Shown: piece after piece, positions 1 to 10,024 of the stretch
How positions within the stretch are numbered: the first letter of the stretch is position 1
How the letters are laid out: every line of letters starts with the position of its first letter
NCBI GenBank assembly: GCA_943788985.1
Contig: CALSSJ010000022.1
Coordinates: 64,001-128,000 of the forward strand
Source: an uncultured Lentisphaerales bacterium
Lineage (GTDB): Bacteria; Verrucomicrobiota; Lentisphaeria; JABSQK01; UBA12247
Direction of reading: 5' to 3'
DNA: 64,000 nt
The notes under the pieces: model-generated
The model's database searches: none
Told to the model about the DNA's origin: nothing
What the model saw: only the letters and a program-made list of their open reading frames with translations
Made by a program: the position numbers and the translations under genes

Positions 1-629
1 TCTCCGACCACGTGCGGACGACCAATCAACGTGCAGATGGCTATGTCAGCGCCATCAAGGATATCACCACTAAAATCGACCAGTTCGACTTCCAAATGAA
101 CATCGATATGCTGGATAATCCAGAGCAATACGAGCACGAGCTCACCGCATTGCGCGAGGACTACGCCAGTCTTAACGAGCAGCTTCAGGAGTTCGATCGT
201 ACGCAGACTGAGCTGGCAGAGAAAGAGCGCGAATTCAATGACCTGACTATCCGCAACAGCGAGTTATCCGACAACGTCGCCCAGCTAGAAACCCAAGTCT
301 CTACCCTGACAGCAGTTAACGGCGTGCTTGAGCAAAGGCTGCAAGAGTGTACGCAGGGCCCAGATCGCGACGAAAAAGAGAATCCCCTTGATGGTACGAT
401 GATTCTTGGCGGAAAAGTGACGAGTGTGAATTACGAGTGGAACTACGTGATTATCGATATCGGTGCTCGTGATCTTCTGACCCCTTCCGTGGAATTCAAG
501 GTGGCCCGTGGTACGGAGTTTATTTGCAATGTGAAGGTGAGCCGCGTCTACGAGGACTACGCGGTTGCCGAAGTTCTACCCGAGTTGATCAACGGAAAGA
601 TTCTGGAGGGTGATCGTGTTATCCTCTAG
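1..629 (+). CDS. Coiled-coil protein with C-terminal beta-rich domain, probably 5'-partial
   Basis: Long helical E/Q/L-rich run, then GKVTSVNYEWNYVIIDIG...VKVSRVYEDYAVAEV...GDRVIL. Frame is open to the window edge. Confidence 0.7.
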   Translation, partial: SDHVRTTNQRADGYVSAIKDITTKIDQFDFQMNIDMLDNPEQYEHELTALREDYASLNEQLQEFDRTQTELAEKEREFNDLTIRNSELSDNVAQLETQVSTLTAVNGVLEQRLQECTQGPDRDEKENPLDGTMILGGKVTSVNYEWNYVIIDIGARDLLTPSVEFKVARGTEFICNVKVSRVYEDYAVAEVLPELINGKILEGDRVIL

Positions 630-740
630 CATCACCCTCGCGCTGAACGCGCTCTGCCTCATCGCACTGGGCGCGCTGTTGTACTTCCAATTTCGGGAAG
701 GCGCCGTGATCGAAGTTTCGCCCATGGATATTCTCGGCAA

Positions 741-893
741 GTGAAACGTCTCGCCCTGTTATTTATTTTCGCCCTAGTAGCAGTCGGTTGCAGCTTCGTA
801 GACCATGAACGCGTGCATAGCGATTCCGATGATAACCTCCCGTGGAACTCGCGTGCGGGATGGGAAGGAAGCGGCATAGGCGTCCCCTACTAA
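741..893 (+). CDS. Small lipoprotein, 50 aa (below the ORF-track cutoff)
   Basis: GTG...TAA translates to MKRLALLFIFALVAVG-CSFVDHERVHSDSDDNLPWNSRAGWEGSGIGVPY: basic n-region, hydrophobic h-region and lipobox-like AVG-C. Confidence 0.75.
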   Translation: MKRLALLFIFALVAVGCSFVDHERVHSDSDDNLPWNSRAGWEGSGIGVPY

Positions 894-1053
894 CGCCCTT
901 GTCGGGCCAGTTGGGCCCTTGACGTGTTCCCGTTTTAGGCCGATCACTGCGTGGTTCTCGACCCGTGAATTTCATGATTGCGGCATATGCGCCGACCGGT
1001 ATCTTACCCGCTTCGCATTTTCATTCCCAAGTTGTCTCAGGAATATCCATAGA

Positions 1054-3702
1054 ATGATTATTAATCACCTGAACAGGTTTCTGGCCAAACACGGCAAGGT
1101 TACGTTCACGTTTATTGGCGTTGTGATGATCGTCCCCTTTGTTTTCGCTTTCGGGCCCGGTGGGTTCGGTAGCGGAGGGCAACGTCAGCGTGGAGCCGTG
1201 ATCGGGGAGATCGACGGGGCCAAGGTACTTGACGTCGATTTCACCGAGCAGCGTACGGCGTACATCATGCGGGCTCGTATCGATGGGGCCGCGCCAGTGG
1301 ACACTGTTGAGGCTGGCGCAATCAGTCGCCTACAGGCTCAAAAAATCATCAATAGGCAAAAGCTGGACCATATCCCGACCGACGAACTGCTGCAGCATGT
1401 TCACAACATGAGTCTGTTCCAGAAGCGTGAGGAAGGTCAGGCCACTGGTGCGTTTGACCAGGCCCAGTACGAAACGATCATGAAGTCCCTGCAAAAGCAA
1501 GGGATCAATCGTGGTGCCTTCCAGGAGTTGATGGAAGCCAATCTGGCGATTGCACGCTTGGAGCGTGGTGCGGCCGAGGCGGGAGTGATTTCCGACGCAG
1601 AAGCTCGTTTGCGCTTTCTGAATACCTTCACCAAGACAAAAGCGCACACCTTGACGCTCCGGGCAGCTGACTTCAGCGAAGATCTGGAGATCACCGATGA
1701 AGCGGCCGAGGCGTACTTTACGGACAACGCGGATCAGTACATGGTCCCTGAGCAATTTCAGCTGAAAGTGATCCGCTTCTCGACCGATGTTGCTGACGTT
1801 AGTGATGACGAGATTGAGGCCCATTTCGCGGCGAATGAAGCAGATCGTGAGCACCTCGAACTGCGTCATCTGGCGGTTGGTAAGCTCGGTATTGAGTCTG
1901 CACCGGAAGGCGGGGAGCCTGAGACCGTGCGGAAGCAGCGCGCGATGCGAAACAGCCAGAACCAGACCCAGAACGATATCAACAAAAAGAAGCTTGAAGC
2001 TGCCCTGAAGGAGCTCGAAGCTGGCAAGACCTTCGAAGAAGTGGCTGGGGAGCTGAATGCTGACTACACGAAAAACAACGGTGGTTCGCTTGGCTGGGTC
2101 GATGTCGACGGTGACGGCGGCCTGCAAGAGCGGTTTGGCGTAGCTGCGGCGACTGCCGTTCTAGCCTTGGGCGAAATTGGCGCCCGCACAAATATCGTTG
2201 CTGGCGAGAGCTACTTCCAAGCCTTTGAACTAGTGAGCCCAAAAAAGAAGAAGGAACTGGACGACACTCTGAAGTCCCGGATTCGGGGCAAGCTGCTGAA
2301 TGAGAAGCAGGAAGCCCAGGCCCGGGAACTCTATGGCGACGGCAGCAACTACCCGCAGGTTCGCCTCGCGCACATCCAACTCAACGTAGTAGATCCTGCC
2401 CAGGAGGCCAGTGTTCGCCAGCGTCTAGTCACGATGCGCGAAGATATTGTCAAGTTTGAGACACTGAACGCAGAGCTGCGCGCTCTGACGCCGCCGGTTG
2501 CTGATGCTAGCGAAGAAGACAAAGCGGCGCACACTGCAGAGCGGGAGCGCATTGAGAGCCAGCGGAAGAACCACAAGAGCTTCTTTCAGTACGCCACGAC
2601 CAGCGACGACGAAGCATCAAAGGCACGTGGCGGGCGCTTGCCCGGTGACTGGCAGAGCAAGTATGACAATCTTCCCCCTGGCGTCGCAACCGTCGGGCTG
2701 AGCATGAAGCGTGGCCAACTCAGTGACGTTGTGCCCGGGCAGGGCGCCTTTCACCTTGTCATGTGCCTGGACGACCGCACGGCTCCGTTCGACGAGATGA
2801 AGTGGCGCATCGTCGGTGACCTGCGCAAAGACAGCAAGAAAGCACAGGAACTCGCTGCCTACGATTTCTATGGTTTTCTCCAAGACAAGTTCGAGGGCAA
2901 TGCGGCATCATTCGAGAAAATTGCTGACGACTATAAGCCTGCGAAACTCAGCGTCAGCACCAGTGGCTACTTCGGCGATGGCGACAGCGAGATTCCGAAT
3001 GTGGCAGGTCGCCCGTTCATGCTGATCACCGAGGCACAGAAGCTGACCGCTACTGCCCCGCTGACTGGAATTGTGGACAACTACGACGCCTATTACATCG
3101 CCTGCTTTCTGGATAAGAAAGCCAGCACCGCCTCAAGCTTCTGGAAGACAGATGACAACGGTGAAAAGGTTCGCTCTCGTTTTGGCGACAAGGCCCATTC
3201 AGACCTCAAGAATGAGGAAGGCAGCAAGAAGGCCAAGGAGCGCGCGCAGGAGATTCAAGAGCAGGTCACCGAAGCTTTGACCCGCATGGAGTTTCAGGAT
3301 GCACTGGCTGAGCTTGAATTCCAGGATCGCGGCGAGTTCTTAGCTGTAATTGGCCCAACGACTGAATACCAAGGCCAGCCGCGCCCAGCATTCGATGCAG
3401 AGCCGGTGAAGACGTTGGCGGCCAAGCTGAAGGAAGGCGAGGTCGGGTTCGAGGAGACAGCATCCGGCGTATTGGTCGCCTTTATCGAGTCGCACACACT
3501 TCCAAATTTGTTTGAGCCAGTGGATTATGCTGGCGAGCAGATTGAGTTTGAAAGCTACAAGAAGTCACTGCAGACAAACTGGAAGGTCAATGGACTCAGC
3601 ATGTTCTATGAGCTTCTGAATGCGAAGTACCCGCTGGATGTAAGCAGCGATTGGGAGGATGTGTTCGAACCTTCCGAACCAGAAGTTCCCCCTTCCGAAT
3701 AA
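1054..3702 (+). CDS. ppiD: PpiD/SurA-type periplasmic chaperone and parvulin peptidyl-prolyl isomerase
   Basis: N-terminal TM (TFTFIGVVMIVPFVFAF), SurA-N-like region, two parvulin-like segments (LRHL...NGGSLGWV; LAHIQL...SKARGGRL...GAFHLV). ATG at 1054 preferred over the track start at 919. Confidence 0.8.
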   Translation: MIINHLNRFLAKHGKVTFTFIGVVMIVPFVFAFGPGGFGSGGQRQRGAVIGEIDGAKVLDVDFTEQRTAYIMRARIDGAAPVDTVEAGAISRLQAQKIINRQKLDHIPTDELLQHVHNMSLFQKREEGQATGAFDQAQYETIMKSLQKQGINRGAFQELMEANLAIARLERGAAEAGVISDAEARLRFLNTFTKTKAHTLTLRAADFSEDLEITDEAAEAYFTDNADQYMVPEQFQLKVIRFSTDVADVSDDEIEAHFAANEADREHLELRHLAVGKLGIESAPEGGEPETVRKQRAMRNSQNQTQNDINKKKLEAALKELEAGKTFEEVAGELNADYTKNNGGSLGWVDVDGDGGLQERFGVAAATAVLALGEIGARTNIVAGESYFQAFELVSPKKKKELDDTLKSRIRGKLLNEKQEAQARELYGDGSNYPQVRLAHIQLNVVDPAQEASVRQRLVTMREDIVKFETLNAELRALTPPVADASEEDKAAHTAERERIESQRKNHKSFFQYATTSDDEASKARGGRLPGDWQSKYDNLPPGVATVGLSMKRGQLSDVVPGQGAFHLVMCLDDRTAPFDEMKWRIVGDLRKDSKKAQELAAYDFYGFLQDKFEGNAASFEKIADDYKPAKLSVSTSGYFGDGDSEIPNVAGRPFMLITEAQKLTATAPLTGIVDNYDAYYIACFLDKKASTASSFWKTDDNGEKVRSRFGDKAHSDLKNEEGSKKAKERAQEIQEQVTEALTRMEFQDALAELEFQDRGEFLAVIGPTTEYQGQPRPAFDAEPVKTLAAKLKEGEVGFEETASGVLVAFIESHTLPNLFEPVDYAGEQIEFESYKKSLQTNWKVNGLSMFYELLNAKYPLDVSSDWEDVFEPSEPEVPPSE

Positions 3703-3708
3703 GACGCC

Positions 3709-5013
3709 TCAACGGCCGCTGCAGGATTGGCAAGGCCGCACCGGCTGCTTGATGATGAAGAGGTTCTTTGCGGACTCCGCAAAGTTGGCATCCTGATCCA
3801 CGGCGAAGGCGAAGGTTGTGGCGATGCTGCGCGTGAGCGGCGGCTCGGCCAGTTTCATGAACTGTTGCCGGTCGAGCTGCGCAGGGAGCTTGATCCAAGC
3901 TGAATCTCTAACGCCGCGGTAGAGCCCACTGGTGACCGTGCCGTCACCGCCGCGCATGAGACTGAGGTCGCCGCCGGAATTCATCCCGAATTGCAGGTCC
4001 CCCCAGAGGGAGGAAGCCGGCAGGTTCCCGTGGTCCGCTGCAAATACCCGCCGTGGATGCCCGGTTCTCGCTACCTGCTGCAGTGCGCGAAGTTCGTGCT
4101 CGGTGTACGAGAGGCGGTCGGCAAGAAGCCACCCTTGCACCAGCAGGCCGTAGCGCTGGCCCAGGTCCTCCAAAAGCTCCGTCGCGAATTCTGCACGCCG
4201 TGGCGCAACTGACGCACACCACTGAGCATCAGCCGCTGGCATGATGTCAAGGTAGACGATGAGCTGAACTGCCTGGTCACGCAGGGCCAGGCCAAGCTCT
4301 AGGATGAAGTCCTGCTCGGAGGTTCTTCCCGGCAGTATGCCATCAATGGCTGTGCTCGGGCCGGGAAAGTACCACTCGCGGCTGCCGACGGGCCAGACTA
4401 CCCAGCCAGCCCCGCTCGCACCAGCCTGGCTTGCAAACTCCGCAACATCGAAATGCTCGAGCGACAGGTGGGCAACAGCAAATTGGGGGGAAATGCCATA
4501 GCGAAGCTCTTTTAGCCACCCGCTCCGCTGCCGGGCGTCTGCGCCAGCGAGCCGTACAGGCTCCGAGCGTCCGTGTTGGATTAGCTCCAGCCCCAGAATT
4601 TTGGTTTCTGATTCGGGTAGGGCCTGTTCAAGCCGCAGCCGCCATGGCGCCGGTCCCTTCTTGAGGTGGCCAAGTACAACTGTCTGCCAGCCGCTGTCGG
4701 CAGTCTGGTAGCTGCGGGAGATGCCCTGGCTCTCTGCGATTTGGATCTTGACTCCGGCGGGCAGTTGGACGATGGCCACCGCGTGGTAGGTTCCCGGCTC
4801 GGGATTGAACTCAAGCCACTGTCTTGGGTCGGTCCAGCCACTGACCCAGCGTTTGTTTTCAGACGGCGAGTGCACGGCGGTCAGGCCATCGCCGCCGCAA
4901 TCCGCGGCGTCGGCATATAGGATGACGCGGTCCTGAGCGGCGGCCGCACTGGCCAGAATGAGGAGAAGGGCAGCTGTGTGGCTGGAAATCATAGGCTTTG
5001 TCAGCTGAATCAT
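3709..5013 (-). CDS. Secreted protein with a probable glycoside hydrolase TIM-barrel domain (alpha-L-fucosidase-like) and an N-terminal beta-sandwich
   Basis: Signal peptide ending ASAAAA-Q. FDVAEFASQ...GAGWVVW...DFILEL...LIVYLD...RYGLLVQGWLLAD pattern. Confidence 0.5.
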   Translation of the reverse strand: MIQLTKPMISSHTAALLLILASAAAAQDRVILYADAADCGGDGLTAVHSPSENKRWVSGWTDPRQWLEFNPEPGTYHAVAIVQLPAGVKIQIAESQGISRSYQTADSGWQTVVLGHLKKGPAPWRLRLEQALPESETKILGLELIQHGRSEPVRLAGADARQRSGWLKELRYGISPQFAVAHLSLEHFDVAEFASQAGASGAGWVVWPVGSREWYFPGPSTAIDGILPGRTSEQDFILELGLALRDQAVQLIVYLDIMPAADAQWCASVAPRRAEFATELLEDLGQRYGLLVQGWLLADRLSYTEHELRALQQVARTGHPRRVFAADHGNLPASSLWGDLQFGMNSGGDLSLMRGGDGTVTSGLYRGVRDSAWIKLPAQLDRQQFMKLAEPPLTRSIATTFAFAVDQDANFAESAKNLFIIKQPVRPCQSCSGR

Positions 5014-5116
5014 GACGATATCTGAGCTAGTTTGCTTGAAGTGAACGTGGTGAGCAGTAAGCTACAGCCTTGATACACAATTGATGCACTAATCTGTTTG
5101 TTTCCCGAGGTCCTCC

Positions 5117-5599
5117 ATGGCTATGCTCCGCATGAAACTCAATAACGCGCTCTTTCCGGTCTCCGGAACCAGGACGGTTATTGGGCGCTCGATGGAGGCT
5201 GACGTGGTTGTGGATATCGTTCAGGATATCAGCCGGCAGCATTGCGCAATCTGCTTGAATGACGACGGCTCGTACTTGCTTGAGGATTTTGGTTCGCACA
5301 ACGGCACCTTCATCAACGACACTCAGATTTCGGGCGAGATCGATCTAAACAATGGAGATGTGCTCCGAGTTGGCAAGTACATTGAGTTCGTGTTTATGGC
5401 TTCTGTACCAAAGGCTGCGCCGCGGCGCGTCACGCCTACGGATTCTGATATTGCTGATTATCTGCGGAGCCGTGGGCCATCGCGTGGCCGCACACCGTCG
5501 ATCGCCACGATTGATGCATCGGACGATTCGCCGACAGCCCAGCAGGCAATGTCAGAATTTGCGTCCGCGGCACGAAAGTCGATGCGCAGGGACGGGTAG
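5117..5599 (+). CDS. FHA domain protein
   Basis: IGRS...ISRQHC...LEDFGSHNGTFIN...LNNGDVLRVG are the FHA hallmarks. Confidence 0.9.
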   Translation: MAMLRMKLNNALFPVSGTRTVIGRSMEADVVVDIVQDISRQHCAICLNDDGSYLLEDFGSHNGTFINDTQISGEIDLNNGDVLRVGKYIEFVFMASVPKAAPRRVTPTDSDIADYLRSRGPSRGRTPSIATIDASDDSPTAQQAMSEFASAARKSMRRDG

Positions 5600-5607
5600 G
5601 CCGCCGC

Positions 5608-6774
5608 TTACAGACCGTAGTAGTCGACGGCTCGTCCGGCCGCAAATGTGGTTTCCACGGCAGGCAACTGCACGAACCCGTCCGCAGCGCCAAATCCTGC
5701 CCAATCCCCACTGTTGCTGAGCCGCACTTGGACCGCGCCTTGCGGGCTAAGTCTAACGGGTAGAAAGCAGGTCAGGGCCGATACGAACTCCGCAGCCTCT
5801 GCCAAAGCGACTGGAAGCTGCCGTGGCTGTCGCTGAAACGCGGAATCCAGGAGCGGAATACCATAGCGGCGAAAGGCAGTGACAGCCGAGACTGGATTGC
5901 CGGGAAGGCCCAGGACTGCGGCGGAATTCTGGCTGTGCCAGCCTGCCCACATGGGCTTGCCAGGGCGTTGGAGGACGCCGTGAAACAGGCGCTCGACGCT
6001 AAGCTCGGCCAAAACCTCGGGCACGTAGTCGTACTTCCCCTTGGAAACACCACCGGAAAGCACCACCAAATCGGCTGTCTGCAAGGCGGTTTCAATGCAT
6101 TGGCGCATGATGGTCTGGTCATCGGGGACGACCTCGACGGACACGTTCGGAAAGCCATGGCTCCAAGCCAGCGCTTGAATGGCGCTGCCATTTGACTGCC
6201 GCAATTGATGTAGGGCGGGGGTTGCCTCAAGGGCAACCAGTTCGTTGCCACTGGCTAGCACGGCAATGCGCGGTGCTGCGACGGAGACTTGGGTGACACC
6301 GGTAGAGGCGAGGACCGCGAATTGCGAACTCCGCAACTGTTGGCCGGGACTAAGGAGGCGGTCCCCAGCGCTGTAGTCGGCTCCTCCGGGGTGGATGCAG
6401 TCTCCCACAGCGCATGGCTCGGTTATCTGTACGGTGTCCCCTGCGCGGGAGATATTCTCGACCGGGACGACGCAATCGGCGCCACTCGGAAGTATGGCAC
6501 CAGTCATGATCTCAAGGCAGACGTTTCCTTTCGGAAGGGCCGGGGGTACCTCGCCAGCGCCCACTGCTCCGACGATGGTCAATGCGTGTTCCGCGAACTC
6601 CGCGCGGAGCGCGATCCCATCCATGCGCACGACCGATGCTGCGGGGAGCGCTCGATCCGCTGCGATCGGCTCGGCAAGAATTCGGCCGACAGCTTGCGCT
6701 GCGGCTACTTGTGCGACTCGCGCATTCATTGTGATCTGACCGAGAAGTCGGTCGGCTTCTGCTACCGATATCAT
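5608..6774 (-). CDS. moeA: Molybdopterin molybdotransferase MoeA
   Basis: MDGIA, IMTGA, SGNEL, SGGVSKGKYD, RPGKP and LPGNPVS motifs. Confidence 0.95.
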   Translation of the reverse strand: MISVAEADRLLGQITMNARVAQVAAAQAVGRILAEPIAADRALPAASVVRMDGIALRAEFAEHALTIVGAVGAGEVPPALPKGNVCLEIMTGAILPSGADCVVPVENISRAGDTVQITEPCAVGDCIHPGGADYSAGDRLLSPGQQLRSSQFAVLASTGVTQVSVAAPRIAVLASGNELVALEATPALHQLRQSNGSAIQALAWSHGFPNVSVEVVPDDQTIMRQCIETALQTADLVVLSGGVSKGKYDYVPEVLAELSVERLFHGVLQRPGKPMWAGWHSQNSAAVLGLPGNPVSAVTAFRRYGIPLLDSAFQRQPRQLPVALAEAAEFVSALTCFLPVRLSPQGAVQVRLSNSGDWAGFGAADGFVQLPAVETTFAAGRAVDYYGL

Positions 6775-6902
6775 CTGCGCATTCTCCAAGTTCGTCTCAA
6801 CCCACGATAATAGGCCTGTTTCCGCAAGCCTTCAAGGGCTGTTGCACATCGTCGTTGGCCGTGCAGGTTACAGGCTCGACCAACCCGAGTTGAATTGGAT
6901 GA

Positions 6903-8066
6903 TTGCCCGTGATTACGACGGCTGAAGCCTTGGATGAGTTTGTCACACGCGCGCTTGAATGCGACGCGGTAGGCGTGGATACGGAGTTCTTCTGGGAGCG
7001 AACATTTGCGCCCATACTTGGCCTGATTCAGGTTTCGCTGGGCCCTGATGATTGCTACTTGATCGATCCGCTTGCGCTTAAGGATCTGACCCGTTTCGGA
7101 GACCTTTTGGCCGATAAAGGGACGGTGAAGATTCTGCACGATGCGCAGCAGGATCTGGCGATTCTGCAGCGATCGTGCGGGCAGGAGCCGCGCAATATTT
7201 TCGATACGCGGCTGGCGGCCGGCTTTGCGGGGCTGGCATCGACGCTTTCGTTGACCAATTTGTTGAATGAACTTCTGGGCGTGGACCTAGAGAAGGGCGA
7301 GCAGCGCTCGAACTGGCTGGCGCGGCCGTTGCGAGACAGCCAGTGCGTGTATGCGTCTGCCGACGTTGCCCACCTGCACCAGGCGCGCGAGATTCTGCTT
7401 GAGCGGATTGGAGACAACGCTGCGTGGCTTAACGAGGAACTGGCGACACTGGATACGCCAGGTTTGTATGCTGTGGAAACGCCAGAGGCGTATTTTAAGC
7501 GCATGCGTAAAGGGCGGTCAATTCCTGCGCGTGCTCGTGCGATTCTGCGCGAGTGTGTGCTTTGGCGCGAGACAGAGGCGGCGCATCGGGACCGGCCGCG
7601 CTCCCACGTGCTCAGCGACGATATTCTGGTGGCGATCGCTCGCGCGGAGCCGAAGGAGTCGGCAGACCTGCGGGTTGTGAAGGGATTTTCCGAACGCGCA
7701 GTGCAACGCTACGGCAGACATTTGTTGGGATTGGTCGAGAGCGCAGTGGCAACTGATCCAGCCACGTGGCCGGTGCCAGACCCGCAGGCCAAGGATTATG
7801 ACTTGTTGCAGGAACGGACCAAGCTGGCGCTGGCGGCGATCAAGCCTCGTGCCGAGGAGGTGCGCGTAGACTCGGCTCTAATGGGCGCGCGCGCGGCGAT
7901 CCAAAAGGTGATCCTGATGGGAGAGTCTGCGGATCCCGCAGATCATCGGATTCTGGCAGGCTGGCGCGCTGAATTCTTGACGCCAGCCATTCGCGAGTTG
8001 CTGGTGGGACAGCCAGCGATGGCGTTGGCCGGGGCGGGGCGGAGACGCTCGCGCATGCGAAAATGA
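6903..8066 (+). CDS. rnd: Ribonuclease D
   Basis: VDTEF, HDAQQD, FDTRLAA, SNWLARPL, YASADV (DEDDy exonuclease) plus an HRDC region. Confidence 0.93.
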   Translation: MPVITTAEALDEFVTRALECDAVGVDTEFFWERTFAPILGLIQVSLGPDDCYLIDPLALKDLTRFGDLLADKGTVKILHDAQQDLAILQRSCGQEPRNIFDTRLAAGFAGLASTLSLTNLLNELLGVDLEKGEQRSNWLARPLRDSQCVYASADVAHLHQAREILLERIGDNAAWLNEELATLDTPGLYAVETPEAYFKRMRKGRSIPARARAILRECVLWRETEAAHRDRPRSHVLSDDILVAIARAEPKESADLRVVKGFSERAVQRYGRHLLGLVESAVATDPATWPVPDPQAKDYDLLQERTKLALAAIKPRAEEVRVDSALMGARAAIQKVILMGESADPADHRILAGWRAEFLTPAIRELLVGQPAMALAGAGRRRSRMRK

Positions 8067-8563
8067 GCACACGCTGTACGCTCGGATTAGCGGTCGTCCT
8101 AGCGGCGACGCTGTCAGGCTGCGCGCTCGAATGGGAGGCGGTGCAGGGGGAGATTAGGGAGCAGTTTCCGGACGTCCGGCAACTGACCATCGAGGAGCTG
8201 CGAGCGTTGCAGGCCGAAGACGGGCGTGAGATCATGCTGCTGGACGTGCGCGCCATCGAGGAGTATGCGATCAGCCATCTTCCGGGTGCGCTGCATACAC
8301 CGACTGAGGAGTCCGCACTTTGCGAACTCCGCAAATCCTCATCGGCAACCCTTGCGGTGCTGTACTGCTCGGTTGGTTGGCGCTCGTCGCAGATGGCATC
8401 GTCCCTGGAGGCGTCCTGCGAGCTTGCCAATCTTGAGGGGTCAATTTTCGCCTGGGCCAACGCGGGCTATCCGCTGGTTGGAGAGGATGGCCCGGCCCGG
8501 GCTGTACACCCGTATAATGAACGCTGGGGGGCTCTATTGAAGCGAGAGCTTCGCGCAGACTGA
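8063..8563 (+). CDS. Rhodanese-like domain protein, likely a lipoprotein
   Basis: LSGC lipobox, LLDVR...EEYAISHLPGA, YCSVGWRS, NLEGSIFAW. ATGA overlap with rnd. Confidence 0.9.
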   Translation: MSTRCTLGLAVVLAATLSGCALEWEAVQGEIREQFPDVRQLTIEELRALQAEDGREIMLLDVRAIEEYAISHLPGALHTPTEESALCELRKSSSATLAVLYCSVGWRSSQMASSLEASCELANLEGSIFAWANAGYPLVGEDGPARAVHPYNERWGALLKRELRAD

Positions 8564-8642
8564 TCGGTCGAGGCTTATCTTTCGTAGGGCGCGGCTTCCA
8601 GCGCGCACTTCTGCGAGGAAAGGCGGGCTAGACGCGATGGCA

Positions 8643-9446
8643 CTACGGCCAGCGCGCGTTGAAGGCCCGATGGCTGGCTTTGTCCTGATGAGGATCGTCT
8701 TCGCTGTCTAGATCCGCGGGCAGATAGCCGGAACAGATGCGGGTGACCGAAATGGTGGTCGACTCGGCGTTGATGTCGTAGTGGACGCGCCATGTGCGAA
8801 AGGCGATGACGTAGTGGGGCGGAGTGGGAGATTCGGTGATGCGCTTGCGGCGGCGATCCGTGGGATCTTCGCTGAGCTGCACATGCAAGAAGTGGCGAAG
8901 GTCATGGCTGGTGTGTTGGTGGATCCATTCGAGCTGTTGGTCGGCGAGTTCGCCGTAGGTCAGGGCGTAGCGCGGGGCGATGCAGGTGTCTACCCAGCCT
9001 GCGGCTGCGTCGGGAAAGGCGTCGGCATACGGGAGGTAGGGCTTGAGGTCGAGCACGGGGGTGCGATCAAGCAGGTCGTGCTCGGAAATCTGCAGCTGGA
9101 GGCCGTCTACGGACTGCAGGCGAACGCAGCTCATTCCGATGCGGTTGGGCCGATGGGGGGAGCGGGTGGCAAAGTAGCCGACCTTGGCCATCTCCTGTCG
9201 AGGTGGCTGGACAAAGGGCTGCCAGGAGGCGTTCAGATGGAATTCATACACGACCCAGATGCGCTCAAACCCGTCCAGTCCAGTGAGTGCGTCGCGGACA
9301 CCGGGGCCGTCAAAGAGCTCTATGGTGGCGGTGTTGCCAGCGGCTAGGATGGCCTGGCGGGGGGCTTCGTAGCGATACTGCGCGTTGCAACGAACCAGGC
9401 CGATCGCCGCCATCGGGCGAATCGTCCGGTCGGTGTCGTCTCTCAT
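8643..9446 (-). CDS. trmO: tRNA (t6A37) N6-methyltransferase TrmO (TsaA/YaeB)
   Basis: FATRSPHRPNRIGMS, DLLDRTPVLDLKPYLPYADA. Confidence 0.92.
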   Translation of the reverse strand: MRDDTDRTIRPMAAIGLVRCNAQYRYEAPRQAILAAGNTATIELFDGPGVRDALTGLDGFERIWVVYEFHLNASWQPFVQPPRQEMAKVGYFATRSPHRPNRIGMSCVRLQSVDGLQLQISEHDLLDRTPVLDLKPYLPYADAFPDAAAGWVDTCIAPRYALTYGELADQQLEWIHQHTSHDLRHFLHVQLSEDPTDRRRKRITESPTPPHYVIAFRTWRVHYDINAESTTISVTRICSGYLPADLDSEDDPHQDKASHRAFNARWP

Positions 9447-10024
9447 TGCAGAAGCAGGCGAAGGTCGTGGGCCACGTCCTCGGGTTTTGCGCCGAAGCCA
9501 TGATGGACGCGATAGGCACCGGTGCTGTCGAGCAGGAAGATGGACCCGGAGTGATTGTACTCGTAGCTCTCACCGTTTTGATCGACTTTCTCTACGCCGA
9601 CGCCGAGTTGCTTCAGCAGTGCATCTCCTTCGGGCCCATAGCGCAAGCCGAGGATTTTGTTGGAGATCTGGTTCAGGCGGTCTGCGAGGGCTTCTGGCGT
9701 GTCGCGCTCCGGGTCAATGGTGATGAAGCCAAAGCGAACGCGCTCGACGTTCTCTCCGAGTTGGGCGTCGGTTCCGGTAAATGTGGCGAGCACAGATGGG
9801 CACATGGTGCTGCAGGTGGCATAGCCAAAGGCGAGCATGGTGGCTTTGCCTGGGGCCGCAATCGGGAAAGGATTGCCCGCATGATCGGTGAAGGATTGCG
9901 CAGGGAGCGGGTCCGGCGGGTCGATCGCGGTGCCCTTGAAGGTAGCCTGGCGAGGCGGCGTACAGCTGGCGAGGGCGAAGATCGCAGCCACGGCGAGGAG
10001 GCTGTTCAGCGCATTAGCTGTCAT
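9443..10024 (-). CDS. SCO family copper chaperone (lipoprotein)
   Basis: LASC lipobox, FGYATCSTMCP (CxxxC), TIDPERDT, HSGSIFLLD. ATG at 10024. Confidence 0.92.
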   Translation of the reverse strand: MTANALNSLLAVAAIFALASCTPPRQATFKGTAIDPPDPLPAQSFTDHAGNPFPIAAPGKATMLAFGYATCSTMCPSVLATFTGTDAQLGENVERVRFGFITIDPERDTPEALADRLNQISNKILGLRYGPEGDALLKQLGVGVEKVDQNGESYEYNHSGSIFLLDSTGAYRVHHGFGAKPEDVAHDLRLLLQ

